Origin: an uncultured bacterium
Lineage (GTDB): Bacteria > Deinococcota > Deinococci > Deinococcales > Trueperaceae
Reading direction: 5' to 3'
Length of the DNA stretch: 64,000 nt
Assembly: GCA_964483695.1 (NCBI GenBank)
Contig: CAZACZ010000002.1
Location: forward strand, 3,171-67,170
Under the pieces are notes generated by a model that worked only from the letters and a program-made list of their open reading frames with translations, did not search any database and had not been told where the DNA came from. Positions 55,770 to 64,000 of the stretch are shown here, one piece after another. The position numbers were made by a program, and so were the translations under genes. Position 1 is the stretch's first letter. The number at the start of each line of letters is the position of its first letter.

Positions 55770-56509
55770 GCGAGCGCGTCCTGCGCCAGGGCGTCCGTAT
55801 CGCGCCACACCCGTTCGACCACGGCGCGCACGTTGGCGTCGGGGGTGGGCAGCGTCCCCCCCAGATGCACCCAGGTGCGCGCCTCGACGAAGCCCACCTC
55901 GGCGCCATCGTCGATGCAGCGTTGCAGGTTCGGCAGCATCCGGAACTCGCCCTTCTCGGCGCGCACCTCGGTCATGCGCGTCAACACCTCGGGCGCCAGC
56001 TTCCACGCGCCCACGTCGTAGAGCGGCCCGGCGCCGTCCCACACGCGGGTCACCCGCTCACCGACGACGCTCGCCAGGAGCCGAGGCGACTCGTCGGGGT
56101 GTCCCGGCCCGAGCGTCACCGCGGAGGCGCGCGGGTGCTCCGCCAGCGCGTCGAACACCTCCGCCGGCACGAACAGGTCGGCCTGCCACGCCAGCACGCC
56201 GGCGTTCGGGCGCAGGGCTTCGGCGGCCAACCAGAGGGCGTTGCCGGTTCCTAGCAGCTCCGCCTGACGCACGTAGGTGATGGGCAGACCGCGCCACGCC
56301 TCGCCGAAGTACCCGCGCACCTGCTCCTCGTGATGCCCGACCACCAGCGCCAAGCGCTCGGCGCGTCGCCACGCACGGCTGGCGTGGAGTTGCAGCAAGG
56401 TGTGCTCCAGGAAGGGGCGTAGGCCCACGGGGTACATGCACTTCTGCAGGTAGCGTCCGAGCGCCGCCATGCGCGTGCCCTTGCCGGCGGCGAGGCAGAT
56501 CAGGTCCAT
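55766..56509 (-). CDS. Sugar-phosphate nucleotidyltransferase (NTP_transferase family)
   Basis: The LAAGKGTRM signature sits at the N-terminus. About 247 aa. The listed 637-aa ORF is over-extended. Confidence 0.7.
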   Translation of the reverse strand: MDLICLAAGKGTRMAALGRYLQKCMYPVGLRPFLEHTLLQLHASRAWRRAERLALVVGHHEEQVRGYFGEAWRGLPITYVRQAELLGTGNALWLAAEALRPNAGVLAWQADLFVPAEVFDALAEHPRASAVTLGPGHPDESPRLLASVVGERVTRVWDGAGPLYDVGAWKLAPEVLTRMTEVRAEKGEFRMLPNLQRCIDDGAEVGFVEARTWVHLGGTLPTPDANVRAVVERVWRDTDALAQDALA

Positions 56510-56607
56510 GCCGGAAGGTATCACCTGCCGACGGACCGCAGGAACCCCGATCCTTGGTCGGCGCCCGTACCCAAGCCCACCGAGCTCCGCTGCCGCCGGG
56601 TTGGCGG

Positions 56608-57792
56608 TCAGCCGCAGTAGCGGTCGATCACGCGCTCCAGCACCGCCGCCATCGCGCCGATGCTGGCCACGTCGACCCACTCGTCGGGCTGGTGGATCCC
56701 GCCGCCCACCGGGCCGAACAGCACGGTCGGCACCGCCCCGCCGGCGGCCACCAGTGCCGCGTCCGTCCAGTACGGCGCTCCGAGCAGCGCCGGCGGCGCC
56801 CCGACCACCTCCTGGATGGCGGAGGCGACGACCCGCACGATCTCCGCGTCGGGGTCTGCCTCGAACGGTTCGCGGGCCACGCCGGGGTGAACCGTCGGCG
56901 CGAACGCCGCGTCGCCTGCGCCGGCGCGCTCGAGCATGCCGCGCAGCTCCTGCGCCACCGCGGCCGGGCCTTCCCCCGGCAGGGTGCGGCGTTCGAGCGT
57001 CACCGAAGCGTGCGCCGGGGTGGTGAAGAGCTCCTCGCCCCCCTGCGCCAGCACCGCCTGCCACGAGCCGTGCCCCAGCAGCCGGTGCGGCGCCTTGGCT
57101 CGCAGCCGTCCGTCTTCCGCATCGACCTCGCGCAGGACACGACCCAGGTGGGTCAGCGCGTTCACCCCTTGCTCCGGCTTCGAGGTGTGCGACGCCTTGC
57201 CCGTGAGGCGTACGTCGAACAGCGCGAAGCCGCGATGCGCCACGTGCAGCGCGAGGTCGGTGGGCTCGGTGACGATGGCCGCCACCTCCGCCTGGCCACG
57301 CGCCAGGTCGTCCAGCAGCGGCGTAAGCGCCGCCATGGCCGCCACCGTGCCCGTGCTGCCATGCTCCTCGTCGGGCACCGCCATGAGCGTCACGTCGCCC
57401 GATACGTTGCGGCGAGCCGCGGCCGCCGTCGCCAACAGGCACACCGCCAGGCTGGCCTTCATGTCCATCGCGCCGCGGCCGACCAGCCTGTCGCCCACGC
57501 GCCGGGCGCGGAACGGTTCGCGCATGCCGCGCACACCGACGGTGTCGAGATGCGCGTTCAAGAGGAGCGTCCGCCGCGGGCCCGTCGTCGGCCCGCGCCC
57601 CGGGGCACGCAGCAGCACGGCGGGCCGCCCCGGTCGCCCTTCGTGGAACGTCACCTGCAAGCCACGCGAGCGACCCCACGCCGCCACGAAGTCGGCCAGT
57701 TCGCCTTCCCCGGGGTGGGTGGGGTCGAGGTCGGGGTTCACCGAGTCGATCGCTACCAACTCGGCGAGCAGCGCCAGCGGGTCATCCGTCAC
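56608..57792 (-). CDS. M20-family metallopeptidase / deacylase (ArgE/DapE-like)
   Basis: LVAIDSVNP, NAHLDTV, GRGA.DMK and PDEE motifs. Confidence 0.8.
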   Translation of the reverse strand: MTDDPLALLAELVAIDSVNPDLDPTHPGEGELADFVAAWGRSRGLQVTFHEGRPGRPAVLLRAPGRGPTTGPRRTLLLNAHLDTVGVRGMREPFRARRVGDRLVGRGAMDMKASLAVCLLATAAAARRNVSGDVTLMAVPDEEHGSTGTVAAMAALTPLLDDLARGQAEVAAIVTEPTDLALHVAHRGFALFDVRLTGKASHTSKPEQGVNALTHLGRVLREVDAEDGRLRAKAPHRLLGHGSWQAVLAQGGEELFTTPAHASVTLERRTLPGEGPAAVAQELRGMLERAGAGDAAFAPTVHPGVAREPFEADPDAEIVRVVASAIQEVVGAPPALLGAPYWTDAALVAAGGAVPTVLFGPVGGGIHQPDEWVDVASIGAMAAVLERVIDRYCG

Positions 57793-57819
57793 GCGCCGAG
57801 CCTACCGTTCGGCGAAGGC

Positions 57820-58584
57820 TCAGGCCGCGCGCCAGCCTCCGTCGGCGTTGACGAACGCGCCGTTCACCATCTTCGCTTCGTCGGACGCCAGGAACAGCGC
57901 CACGTTGGCGACGTCCTCGGGCTCGAGCTGGGCCGGGATGACCCCGTAGTACGCCTGGAAGCGTTGCGAGCCGTACGGGTCCATCTTCGACATGTCGACG
58001 CTCTGCATGATGTTGGTCTTGACGGCGCCGATGATGAGCGCGTTGCAGCGGATGCCCTTGGGGCCGTACACGTACGCCGTGCTGCGGGTGAGGCCGAGGA
58101 TGGCGTGCTTGGAGATGGTGTACGCCGCACCCGCAGCCGCGCCGCTGACGGCGGCGACGCTGGCCGAGTTGACGATCGAGCCGCCGCCCAACTCCACCAT
58201 GTGCTTCACCGCGGCGCGCGTGGTGAACACCGGGCCGTCGACGTTGATGCCCATCACGCGGCGGTAGATGTCGTCGGTCATCTCGGCAATGCCCTGGTTC
58301 ACGTCCATCACGCCGGCGTTGTTGGCCAGGACGTCGAGGCGCCCGAAGGTGTCGATGGCCGCCTGCACCATCCCTTCGGCGTCGGCCTTCTCGGCGACGT
58401 TGCCCTTCACGCCATGCACCTCTCCACCCTTGCCGCGGATCTCGGCCACCACCTGGTTCAGCGTGGTCTCGTTCCACTCGGCCGCCACGACCTTGGCGCC
58501 CTCCGCGGCGAACCGCAGCGCCATCGCGCGACCCATGCCCGAACCTGCACCCGTGACGAGCGCGACCTTGCCCTGCAACCTCAT
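57820..58584 (-). CDS. SDR-family oxidoreductase
   Basis: TGAGSGMG cofactor motif, NNAG and YTISK catalytic motif. GAAGGAGG RBS before ATG 58584. Confidence 0.85.
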   Translation of the reverse strand: MRLQGKVALVTGAGSGMGRAMALRFAAEGAKVVAAEWNETTLNQVVAEIRGKGGEVHGVKGNVAEKADAEGMVQAAIDTFGRLDVLANNAGVMDVNQGIAEMTDDIYRRVMGINVDGPVFTTRAAVKHMVELGGGSIVNSASVAAVSGAAAGAAYTISKHAILGLTRSTAYVYGPKGIRCNALIIGAVKTNIMQSVDMSKMDPYGSQRFQAYYGVIPAQLEPEDVANVALFLASDEAKMVNGAFVNADGGWRAA

Positions 58585-58929
58585 GGCGTCCTCCTTCTGG
58601 CAGACCAAGACCGGGCGGGTCCCGTCCTGGGCCTGCGTCCCTTCACGCTACCGACCGTCCGGTACCACGACCGTAGCCAACGCCCTACTCGGCACGTCGG
58701 AGTCTGCCCGACACGCAAGGCGCTCACGGCAGGAACGAAGCACGCCGGGGGGCTGGTCAGCGCCGCGGCACTGCCGTAGAGTGGCGCCGACCCGCGTCGC
58801 CCACGCAGGTCGTACCGGACGCGCGTGCACCGTGGCGCGCCGCCGAGGCTCGATCGCGCGTGGGCGAACCGCCGCGGACACCCCACACCCCCATCGCGCG
58901 GTCGCGGCCGCCCGGGGAAGGACCATCCC

Positions 58930-61389
58930 ATGCGCGTTCCGAATCCGACGTGGCCCGCACGCAAACGGCCCGTCCCCACCCTGCGCGGCTGCTTCGTCGT
59001 GGCGGCCGCGCTGCTGCCGCTGCTGCTAGCCTCCGCTTTCGCGCAGGAGCCGCCCCCCGCCGACACCTTGTTCGCGGTGCTGGAGAGCGCGCTGGACGAA
59101 CTGCCGAAGGACCGCCTCGACCTCGGAGCCGCCCTCGCGCGGATGTCGGGCGGCGCGGACGGCGGCCAGGTCGATGCCGCCACCGTGTTCGCATGGGTCC
59201 GGGACGAGACCGGCTACGTCCCGTACCGCGGCGCCCTGCGGGGCCCCGCCGGCGTGCTGATGGACCGGGTCGGCAACGCCCTCGACCGCGCCACGTTGCT
59301 GCGCGCGCTGCTGCAGCGGGCCGGCTACGACACCGTGCTGGTGCACGGAACGCTGGAGGGCGAGGCGCTGGAGCGCGCCACGGGGGCGCTGCGACTGCCG
59401 CCCGACGCGCGCGCCGCGAGCGCCCAGCCGAGCCTGGATGCCCTGGCGGAACGTGCGGCAGCCACCCTCGGGATGGACGCAGGCATCGTCGGCGAGCGCC
59501 TGGCGCTGGCGGGCGCCGACCGTGCGGCGCTGGAGCGCGCCGTGACGCTGGCGACCGAACGCCAGAGCGAGGCGCTGTTGGGGGTGCTCGGCGGCGTGGA
59601 CCGCGGCGCGGCAGGCTACGACGCCTCCGTGCTCGGCGACCACTGGTGGGTGCAGGTCGCGGCGGACGGCGGCTGGCTCGACCTCGACCCCACCCTGCCC
59701 GACGCCGCCCCGGGCGACACGCTCACCGACGCAACGTTGCGCTTCGACCTGACCGACCTGCGGCAACTGGCCGCCGTCGACGGCGCGTGCACCGACCTCT
59801 CCTGCGGCGATCGGCTGCACCGCGTGGCCGTCCGGGTGATCGCCGAAACCTGGGATGGCGAGGCGCTGAGCGAGCACGAGGTGCTCGCCACCGAGTTGCT
59901 CGCGGCCGAGGCGTTCGGCACGCACATCGGCTTCGCCACGCTGCCGGTGGAGTGGCCGGAGGATCTCGACCTGTTCGGCGTCGCCGCGCCCGTCGATGCG
60001 CTGCGGGAGGCGCTGCTGGCGGTCGAGACGTGGGAACCGGTCCTCACCGTCGGGGACGAACGCATCACCGGCCTGCGCGTGAGCGCCGACGGCACCGTGG
60101 GCCAGCAGCAGGCGGGCGGCAACGCCGGCGCGGTGGGCGGCCTCGGGGGCGGCATCGGCGGCATGTTCGGCGGCTTCGGCGGCGGTGGCGGCGCGGCCGC
60201 CGGCGCCCTCACGGCCATGTGGCTGGAGGTGGAGACGGTCACGCCCACCCGCGGCAGCCGCGTCGAGCGCCGGCAGCTGTTCGACCTGATCGGGCCAGCC
60301 GCGCGCGCCGGCGGGGTCGCGGGCATCGAGGTCGACGACGGCATGACGTACGCGCGCACGCTGGCCTTGGCGGGCGAGACCGAGCTGATGGTGGCGCCCG
60401 CGGCGATCGCGCCGGAAGCGGCTTCGTTCGCGGCGGCCCAACGCCTGCTCGCCCAGCGTGACGCCTGGACCGCGCTCTTCGAGCACGGCGCCACGGCCGA
60501 CCCGGCCGAGCTGAACCAACGCCTGAACGACATGGCGGAGCTGGCGGGCCCGTTGACGGCCTTCGCGCAGCAGCGCGCCGCCGACGCCGGCGGCTTCCTC
60601 GATGCGGCGCTGGTGGTGGCCTACCACCGCGGACTCGACGCCGCACTCGAGCCGACCGGCGCCTTCGACCTGATCCAGGCTCCGACGGCATCGTTGGTGC
60701 CGGCCGAGCAGCTGTTCGAGCAGCGCCTGGTCCAGGGCGTGCGCGACACGGTGCTGGAGGCCGAGTTGCAGCGGCGCGGTCCGACCTACGACATGCAAGC
60801 GCCGACGCCCGGACCCGCCGCCGTGGCCGAGGCGTTCGCCGCCGACCTCGCGGCCGGCCGTGCCTGGCGCCTGGTGACCACCGTGGACGAACTCGGCGCG
60901 GTGGCGCCCGACTTGCCCACCGACCTCGCCGCTCGGGTGCGCGCCGACCTCGACATCGGCCTTCTGGCGGTCGTGCCCGAGGGCGGCCACGATGCCGTTG
61001 GCTGGTGGCGCATCGACCCGTGGACCGGCGCCACGCTCGGCATGGGCGACCTCGGCTGGGGCCAGGCGATGACCGACTACGCCGAGCTCACCAACGTGGT
61101 GCTCCAGCTTCGAAGCGTAGTCAACCAGTACGCCGCCATGGCACAGTGCCTCGGTCTCGCCGTTACGCTGCCACTCCGCGGCGAGACGGGCGTGGACGCG
61201 AAGCTGGCCGAGTGCGTGTTCAACCTCGTGTGCGGTCAGCTCAACTCCGCCCTCAACACCATGCTCGTGCTGGACACGAGCTGGACCAACGTCATCATCT
61301 CGGCCACGCTCGACGCGCTGTGGGGCGGGGTGCCGGAGTCCGGCTACGGCGGCTTCTGCGGCGCGATGTGGAAGCGCATGGCGAACTAG
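58930..61389 (+). CDS. Large secreted transglutaminase-like-fold protein (nucleophile position not Cys) with Gly-rich linker
   Basis: Signal peptide (CFVVAAALLPLLLASAFAQ). G-N-A-L-D-R-A-T-L-L-R-A-L-L and DHWWVQV...GGWLDLDPT resemble the TGase core Cys, His and Asp blocks. A Gly-rich run lies at about 60104-60210. Confidence 0.5.
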   Translation: MRVPNPTWPARKRPVPTLRGCFVVAAALLPLLLASAFAQEPPPADTLFAVLESALDELPKDRLDLGAALARMSGGADGGQVDAATVFAWVRDETGYVPYRGALRGPAGVLMDRVGNALDRATLLRALLQRAGYDTVLVHGTLEGEALERATGALRLPPDARAASAQPSLDALAERAAATLGMDAGIVGERLALAGADRAALERAVTLATERQSEALLGVLGGVDRGAAGYDASVLGDHWWVQVAADGGWLDLDPTLPDAAPGDTLTDATLRFDLTDLRQLAAVDGACTDLSCGDRLHRVAVRVIAETWDGEALSEHEVLATELLAAEAFGTHIGFATLPVEWPEDLDLFGVAAPVDALREALLAVETWEPVLTVGDERITGLRVSADGTVGQQQAGGNAGAVGGLGGGIGGMFGGFGGGGGAAAGALTAMWLEVETVTPTRGSRVERRQLFDLIGPAARAGGVAGIEVDDGMTYARTLALAGETELMVAPAAIAPEAASFAAAQRLLAQRDAWTALFEHGATADPAELNQRLNDMAELAGPLTAFAQQRAADAGGFLDAALVVAYHRGLDAALEPTGAFDLIQAPTASLVPAEQLFEQRLVQGVRDTVLEAELQRRGPTYDMQAPTPGPAAVAEAFAADLAAGRAWRLVTTVDELGAVAPDLPTDLAARVRADLDIGLLAVVPEGGHDAVGWWRIDPWTGATLGMGDLGWGQAMTDYAELTNVVLQLRSVVNQYAAMAQCLGLAVTLPLRGETGVDAKLAECVFNLVCGQLNSALNTMLVLDTSWTNVIISATLDALWGGVPESGYGGFCGAMWKRMAN

Positions 61390-61396
61390 CGGTACG

Positions 61397-63013
61397 GTGG
61401 GCGGCGTGAGCGAGCGCGTAGGCGGCACCGGCGAGCCACCGCCGCACGCGGCGGCCCACGCCGGCGACAGGGGCCCGGCCGACCGACCCGCGCGATCGTC
61501 GGCCGGCGCGCCCAAGCGCAAGCTCCATCGCCTCCCGCCACCGTTCGACGACCTCGCGGCCGGCCTGACCGTCGCCCTCGTGCTCATCCCCCAGTCGATG
61601 GCGTACGCGTCGCTGGCCGGCCTGCCACCATCCGCCGGGTTGATGGCCGCCATCTTCCCGCCGATCGTGACGTCGGCGTTCGCCTCGAGCCCGCACCTAC
61701 AGACCGGCCCCACGGCGCTCACTTCGCTCCTGACGCTCGGCATCCTGTCGTCGCTAGCGGTGCCCGGCACCACCCAGTACGTCGCCATGGCGGCGCTGCT
61801 GGCGTTGATGGTCGGCGGGATCCGCATCGTCATCGGCGCGCTGCGCTTCGGAGCGCTTGCGTACTTCATGAGCCTGCCCGTGCTGCGCGGCTTCACCAGC
61901 GGTGCAGCGGTGCTGATCGTGGCGTCGCAGGTTCCGAGCGTGCTCGGCGTCGACGCCGGCCGCCGGGCGGTGTGGTCGGCGGCCTGGTACGCCTTGCGCG
62001 AGCCACCCGCTTGGAGCCTCGGGGCGCTGACGCTGGCGATCGTGACGCTGGTCCTGGTGCGCGGCCTGCGGCGCGTCTCCCCGCTCGTCCCGGGAACCTT
62101 GCTGGCCGTGATCGTCGGCCTGCTGGTGGCACGCTACCTAGGCCACGTCGGTCCGATGGTCGGTGAGATGCCCACCGTCTTGAACCTGCCGAGCCTGAAC
62201 CTCCCTTGGGCGCGGGCCGCGGACCTGGCCCTCGGCGCCACCGTCATCGCCATCGTCGGCTTCGCCGAACCCGCCGCCATCGCACGCACCTTCGCGGAAC
62301 GCAGCCGGCCGTGGAACGCGGACCGCGAGTTGATGGCGCAGGGCGTCGCCAACGTCGTGTCGGGCGTGGTGGGCGGATTCCCCGTGGGGGGCAGCTTCGG
62401 CCGCTCGGCGCTGGGCCGCCAAGCGGGGGGCCGGACGCGCCTGAGCGGCCTGGTGGCCGGCCTGACGGTGCTGGTGTTCTTCCCCTTCGCCGACGTCCTC
62501 GCGACGCTCCCGAAGGCGGTCCTCGGGGCGGTGGTGATCTCGGCGGCGTCGAGCCTGCTCGACCTGCGCTCGCTGTTCCGTCTATGGCGCTTCGCGAGGC
62601 TGCAAGCCACCACCGCACTCGCCACCTTCGTGCTCACCCTGGTGCTGGCGCCGCGCGTCGACTACGCCGTGATCCTGGGCATCTCCGCCGCGCTCCTCAC
62701 CCACCTCTACCGCGAGGCGCAGCTGGGCGTGAGGTTCACGCGGGAGAACGGCACCATCCGGGTGGAGCTCGACGGCGTGCTGTGGTTCGGCTCGACCCAG
62801 GCGCTGGAGAAGGTGCTGGCGCGGATCGAGAACCAGCTCGCCGGGGTGCACTGCGTGGTGATCGACGCCAACCACTTGGGTCGCATCGACTTCTCGGCGT
62901 TGATGCTGCTGCACGACCTCGAGACGCGCTTGCGCTTGAGCGGTCTCGAGGTGCGCCTCGAGGGCATGCACGGACGCAGCGAGACCATCCTGGAGCGCAT
63001 CCGGCGCGGGTAG
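61397..63013 (+). CDS. SulP-family anion transporter with C-terminal STAS domain
   Basis: L.AG.TVALVLIPQSMAYASLAGLPP is a SulP signature. The protein is polytopic with a STAS-like C-terminus. GTG start at 61397 (alternative 61406). Confidence 0.85.
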   Translation: MGGVSERVGGTGEPPPHAAAHAGDRGPADRPARSSAGAPKRKLHRLPPPFDDLAAGLTVALVLIPQSMAYASLAGLPPSAGLMAAIFPPIVTSAFASSPHLQTGPTALTSLLTLGILSSLAVPGTTQYVAMAALLALMVGGIRIVIGALRFGALAYFMSLPVLRGFTSGAAVLIVASQVPSVLGVDAGRRAVWSAAWYALREPPAWSLGALTLAIVTLVLVRGLRRVSPLVPGTLLAVIVGLLVARYLGHVGPMVGEMPTVLNLPSLNLPWARAADLALGATVIAIVGFAEPAAIARTFAERSRPWNADRELMAQGVANVVSGVVGGFPVGGSFGRSALGRQAGGRTRLSGLVAGLTVLVFFPFADVLATLPKAVLGAVVISAASSLLDLRSLFRLWRFARLQATTALATFVLTLVLAPRVDYAVILGISAALLTHLYREAQLGVRFTRENGTIRVELDGVLWFGSTQALEKVLARIENQLAGVHCVVIDANHLGRIDFSALMLLHDLETRLRLSGLEVRLEGMHGRSETILERIRRG

Positions 63014-63022
63014 CCTGCCTCG

Positions 63023-64000
63023 TCAGGACGACGCACCCGACGCACCCTCCGCTCGTCGCGGCAGCGTCACCGTGAACGACGCGCCCCCCTCGGGGCCGTC
63101 GCCCACCGTCACGCGGCCGCCATGGAGCCCCACGAGCGCCTTCACGATCGCCAACCCGAGCCCGCTCCCGCCCCCCGCCCGGCCGCGGCTCTTCTCCACG
63201 CGGTAGAAGCGCTCGAACACCCGTTCCCGCTCCTCCGGCGGGATCCCGGGGCCCGTGTCCGTCACGCGCAGCTCGATCTCCTCCCCACGCTCCTCCAAGC
63301 CGGCGCGCACCCGGCCGCCACGCGGCGCGTGGCGTAGGGCGTTGTCGATGAGGTTGCCGATCACCTGGCCGATGCGTTCGCGGTCGACGCTCGCCACCAG
63401 CGCCTCGGGAGCCTCGGTGTCCAGGTCGACGCCGAGGTCGTCGGCTCGCGTGCGGAAGCCGTCGACGGTGGTGCGCAGCAGCTCGCTCAGGTCGACGGCG
63501 CGAGGGTGGACGGCCAGGCGGCCGGCCTCGAGCGACGACAGCGTGCGAAGGTCCTCCACCAAGCGCCCCAGCAGCACGACCTGGGCGTGCAGGCCCCGGA
63601 TCTCGCGCATCTCGAGCGGAGCGATGCCGTCCTCCACCGCCTCGAGCCGGCCACGCACGATGGTGAGCGGCGTGCGCAGTTCGTGGGCGATGTCGGCGAT
63701 GGAGGCGCTCCGTTCGCGTTCCAGGCGCTCGAGGCTCTCCGCCATGGCGTTGAAGTCGTGCGCCAAGCGCGCGGTCTCGTCGTGCGCGCCGGCCATGTAG
63801 CTGGGCAGCGCGACGCGCGCGCTCAAGTCGCCGGCGGCGACCCGCGAGGCGGCCGCCGACACGCGGCTCACCGGCAGCGCGATGCGCCGGCTGAGCCACG
63901 CCGCCACCAGCACCCCGACCGCGGCCGCCACCACCGACGCCAGGACCAACCCGCTGGTGCGCCGTGCCAGCAACGACTCGAACAAGCCTCGCAACTCGCC
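63023..64000 (-). CDS. Sensor histidine kinase (TM-HAMP-HisKA-HATPase_c), 5' end outside window
   Basis: H-box IADIAHELRTPL, N-box NLIDNALRH, G-boxes DTGPGI and GSGLGLAIV. The frame stays open to the window edge. Confidence 0.85.
   Translation of the reverse strand, partial: GELRGLFESLLARRTSGLVLASVVAAAVGVLVAAWLSRRIALPVSRVSAAASRVAAGDLSARVALPSYMAGAHDETARLAHDFNAMAESLERLERERSASIADIAHELRTPLTIVRGRLEAVEDGIAPLEMREIRGLHAQVVLLGRLVEDLRTLSSLEAGRLAVHPRAVDLSELLRTTVDGFRTRADDLGVDLDTEAPEALVASVDRERIGQVIGNLIDNALRHAPRGGRVRAGLEERGEEIELRVTDTGPGIPPEERERVFERFYRVEKSRGRAGGGSGLGLAIVKALVGLHGGRVTVGDGPEGGASFTVTLPRRAEGASGASS

Noticed and set aside
59026-61896. 956-aa minus-strand ORF, the longest unexplained ORF in the window.
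   Set aside because: It is antisense to the secreted transglutaminase-like gene and the SulP gene. Both of those have protein-like composition, signal or TM features and RBSs. The minus-strand product is RGHA-rich with no motifs.
1-64000. Mobile element or genomic-island boundaries (integrase, transposase, tRNA-flanked insertion, strong GC dip).
   Set aside because: No such genes or flanking direct repeats were seen. Base composition looks uniformly very GC-rich by eye. The only decay signal is the PEP-mutase remnant at 1295-1639.

Overview
This is a very GC-rich, densely coding bacterial chromosomal segment. I call about 55 protein genes. I found no rRNA, tRNA, CRISPR array, transposase or integrase. 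Many long ORFs in the track are GC-driven antisense or off-frame artefacts.

The main theme is H2 metabolism, with two separate [NiFe]-hydrogenase loci.

(1) Minus strand, 32527 down to 20337. This is a co-directional run of 15 genes:
- a family-5 ABC binding protein plus two permeases, with no ATPase genes
- a Tat-exported group-1 uptake hydrogenase: small subunit, large subunit, b-type cytochrome and endopeptidase
- hypA, hypB, hypC, hypD and hypE
- an unannotated 210-aa protein with a BFD-like Cys/His motif
Many junctions in this run overlap as ATGA or GTGA.

(2) Plus strand, 45131-52580. This holds hypF, then a four-subunit group-3b (sulfhydrogenase-like) hydrogenase and its own endopeptidase.

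The most unusual point I can see directly is in the group-1 small subunit. Its proximal Fe-S cluster motif reads C-T-G-N where C-x-x-C is expected. It also has about 45 extra residues ahead of the twin-arginine motif.

Other content:
- cydABDC
- a Tat-dependent DMSO/TMAO-reductase-family molybdoenzyme behind a leader of about 480 nt, plus a monoheme cytochrome c
- a cyclase-STAND-TPR protein whose cyclase domain looks catalytically degenerate
- a leishmanolysin-like lipoprotein with three tandem Ig-like repeats
- a YcaQ-type glycosylase / small AraC / VOC operon
- an SDR / M20 / nucleotidyltransferase / GHMP-kinase operon
- a large secreted transglutaminase-like protein lacking the nucleophile Cys
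- assorted transporters and regulators

All family calls rest on motif recognition in the translations, not on database searches.
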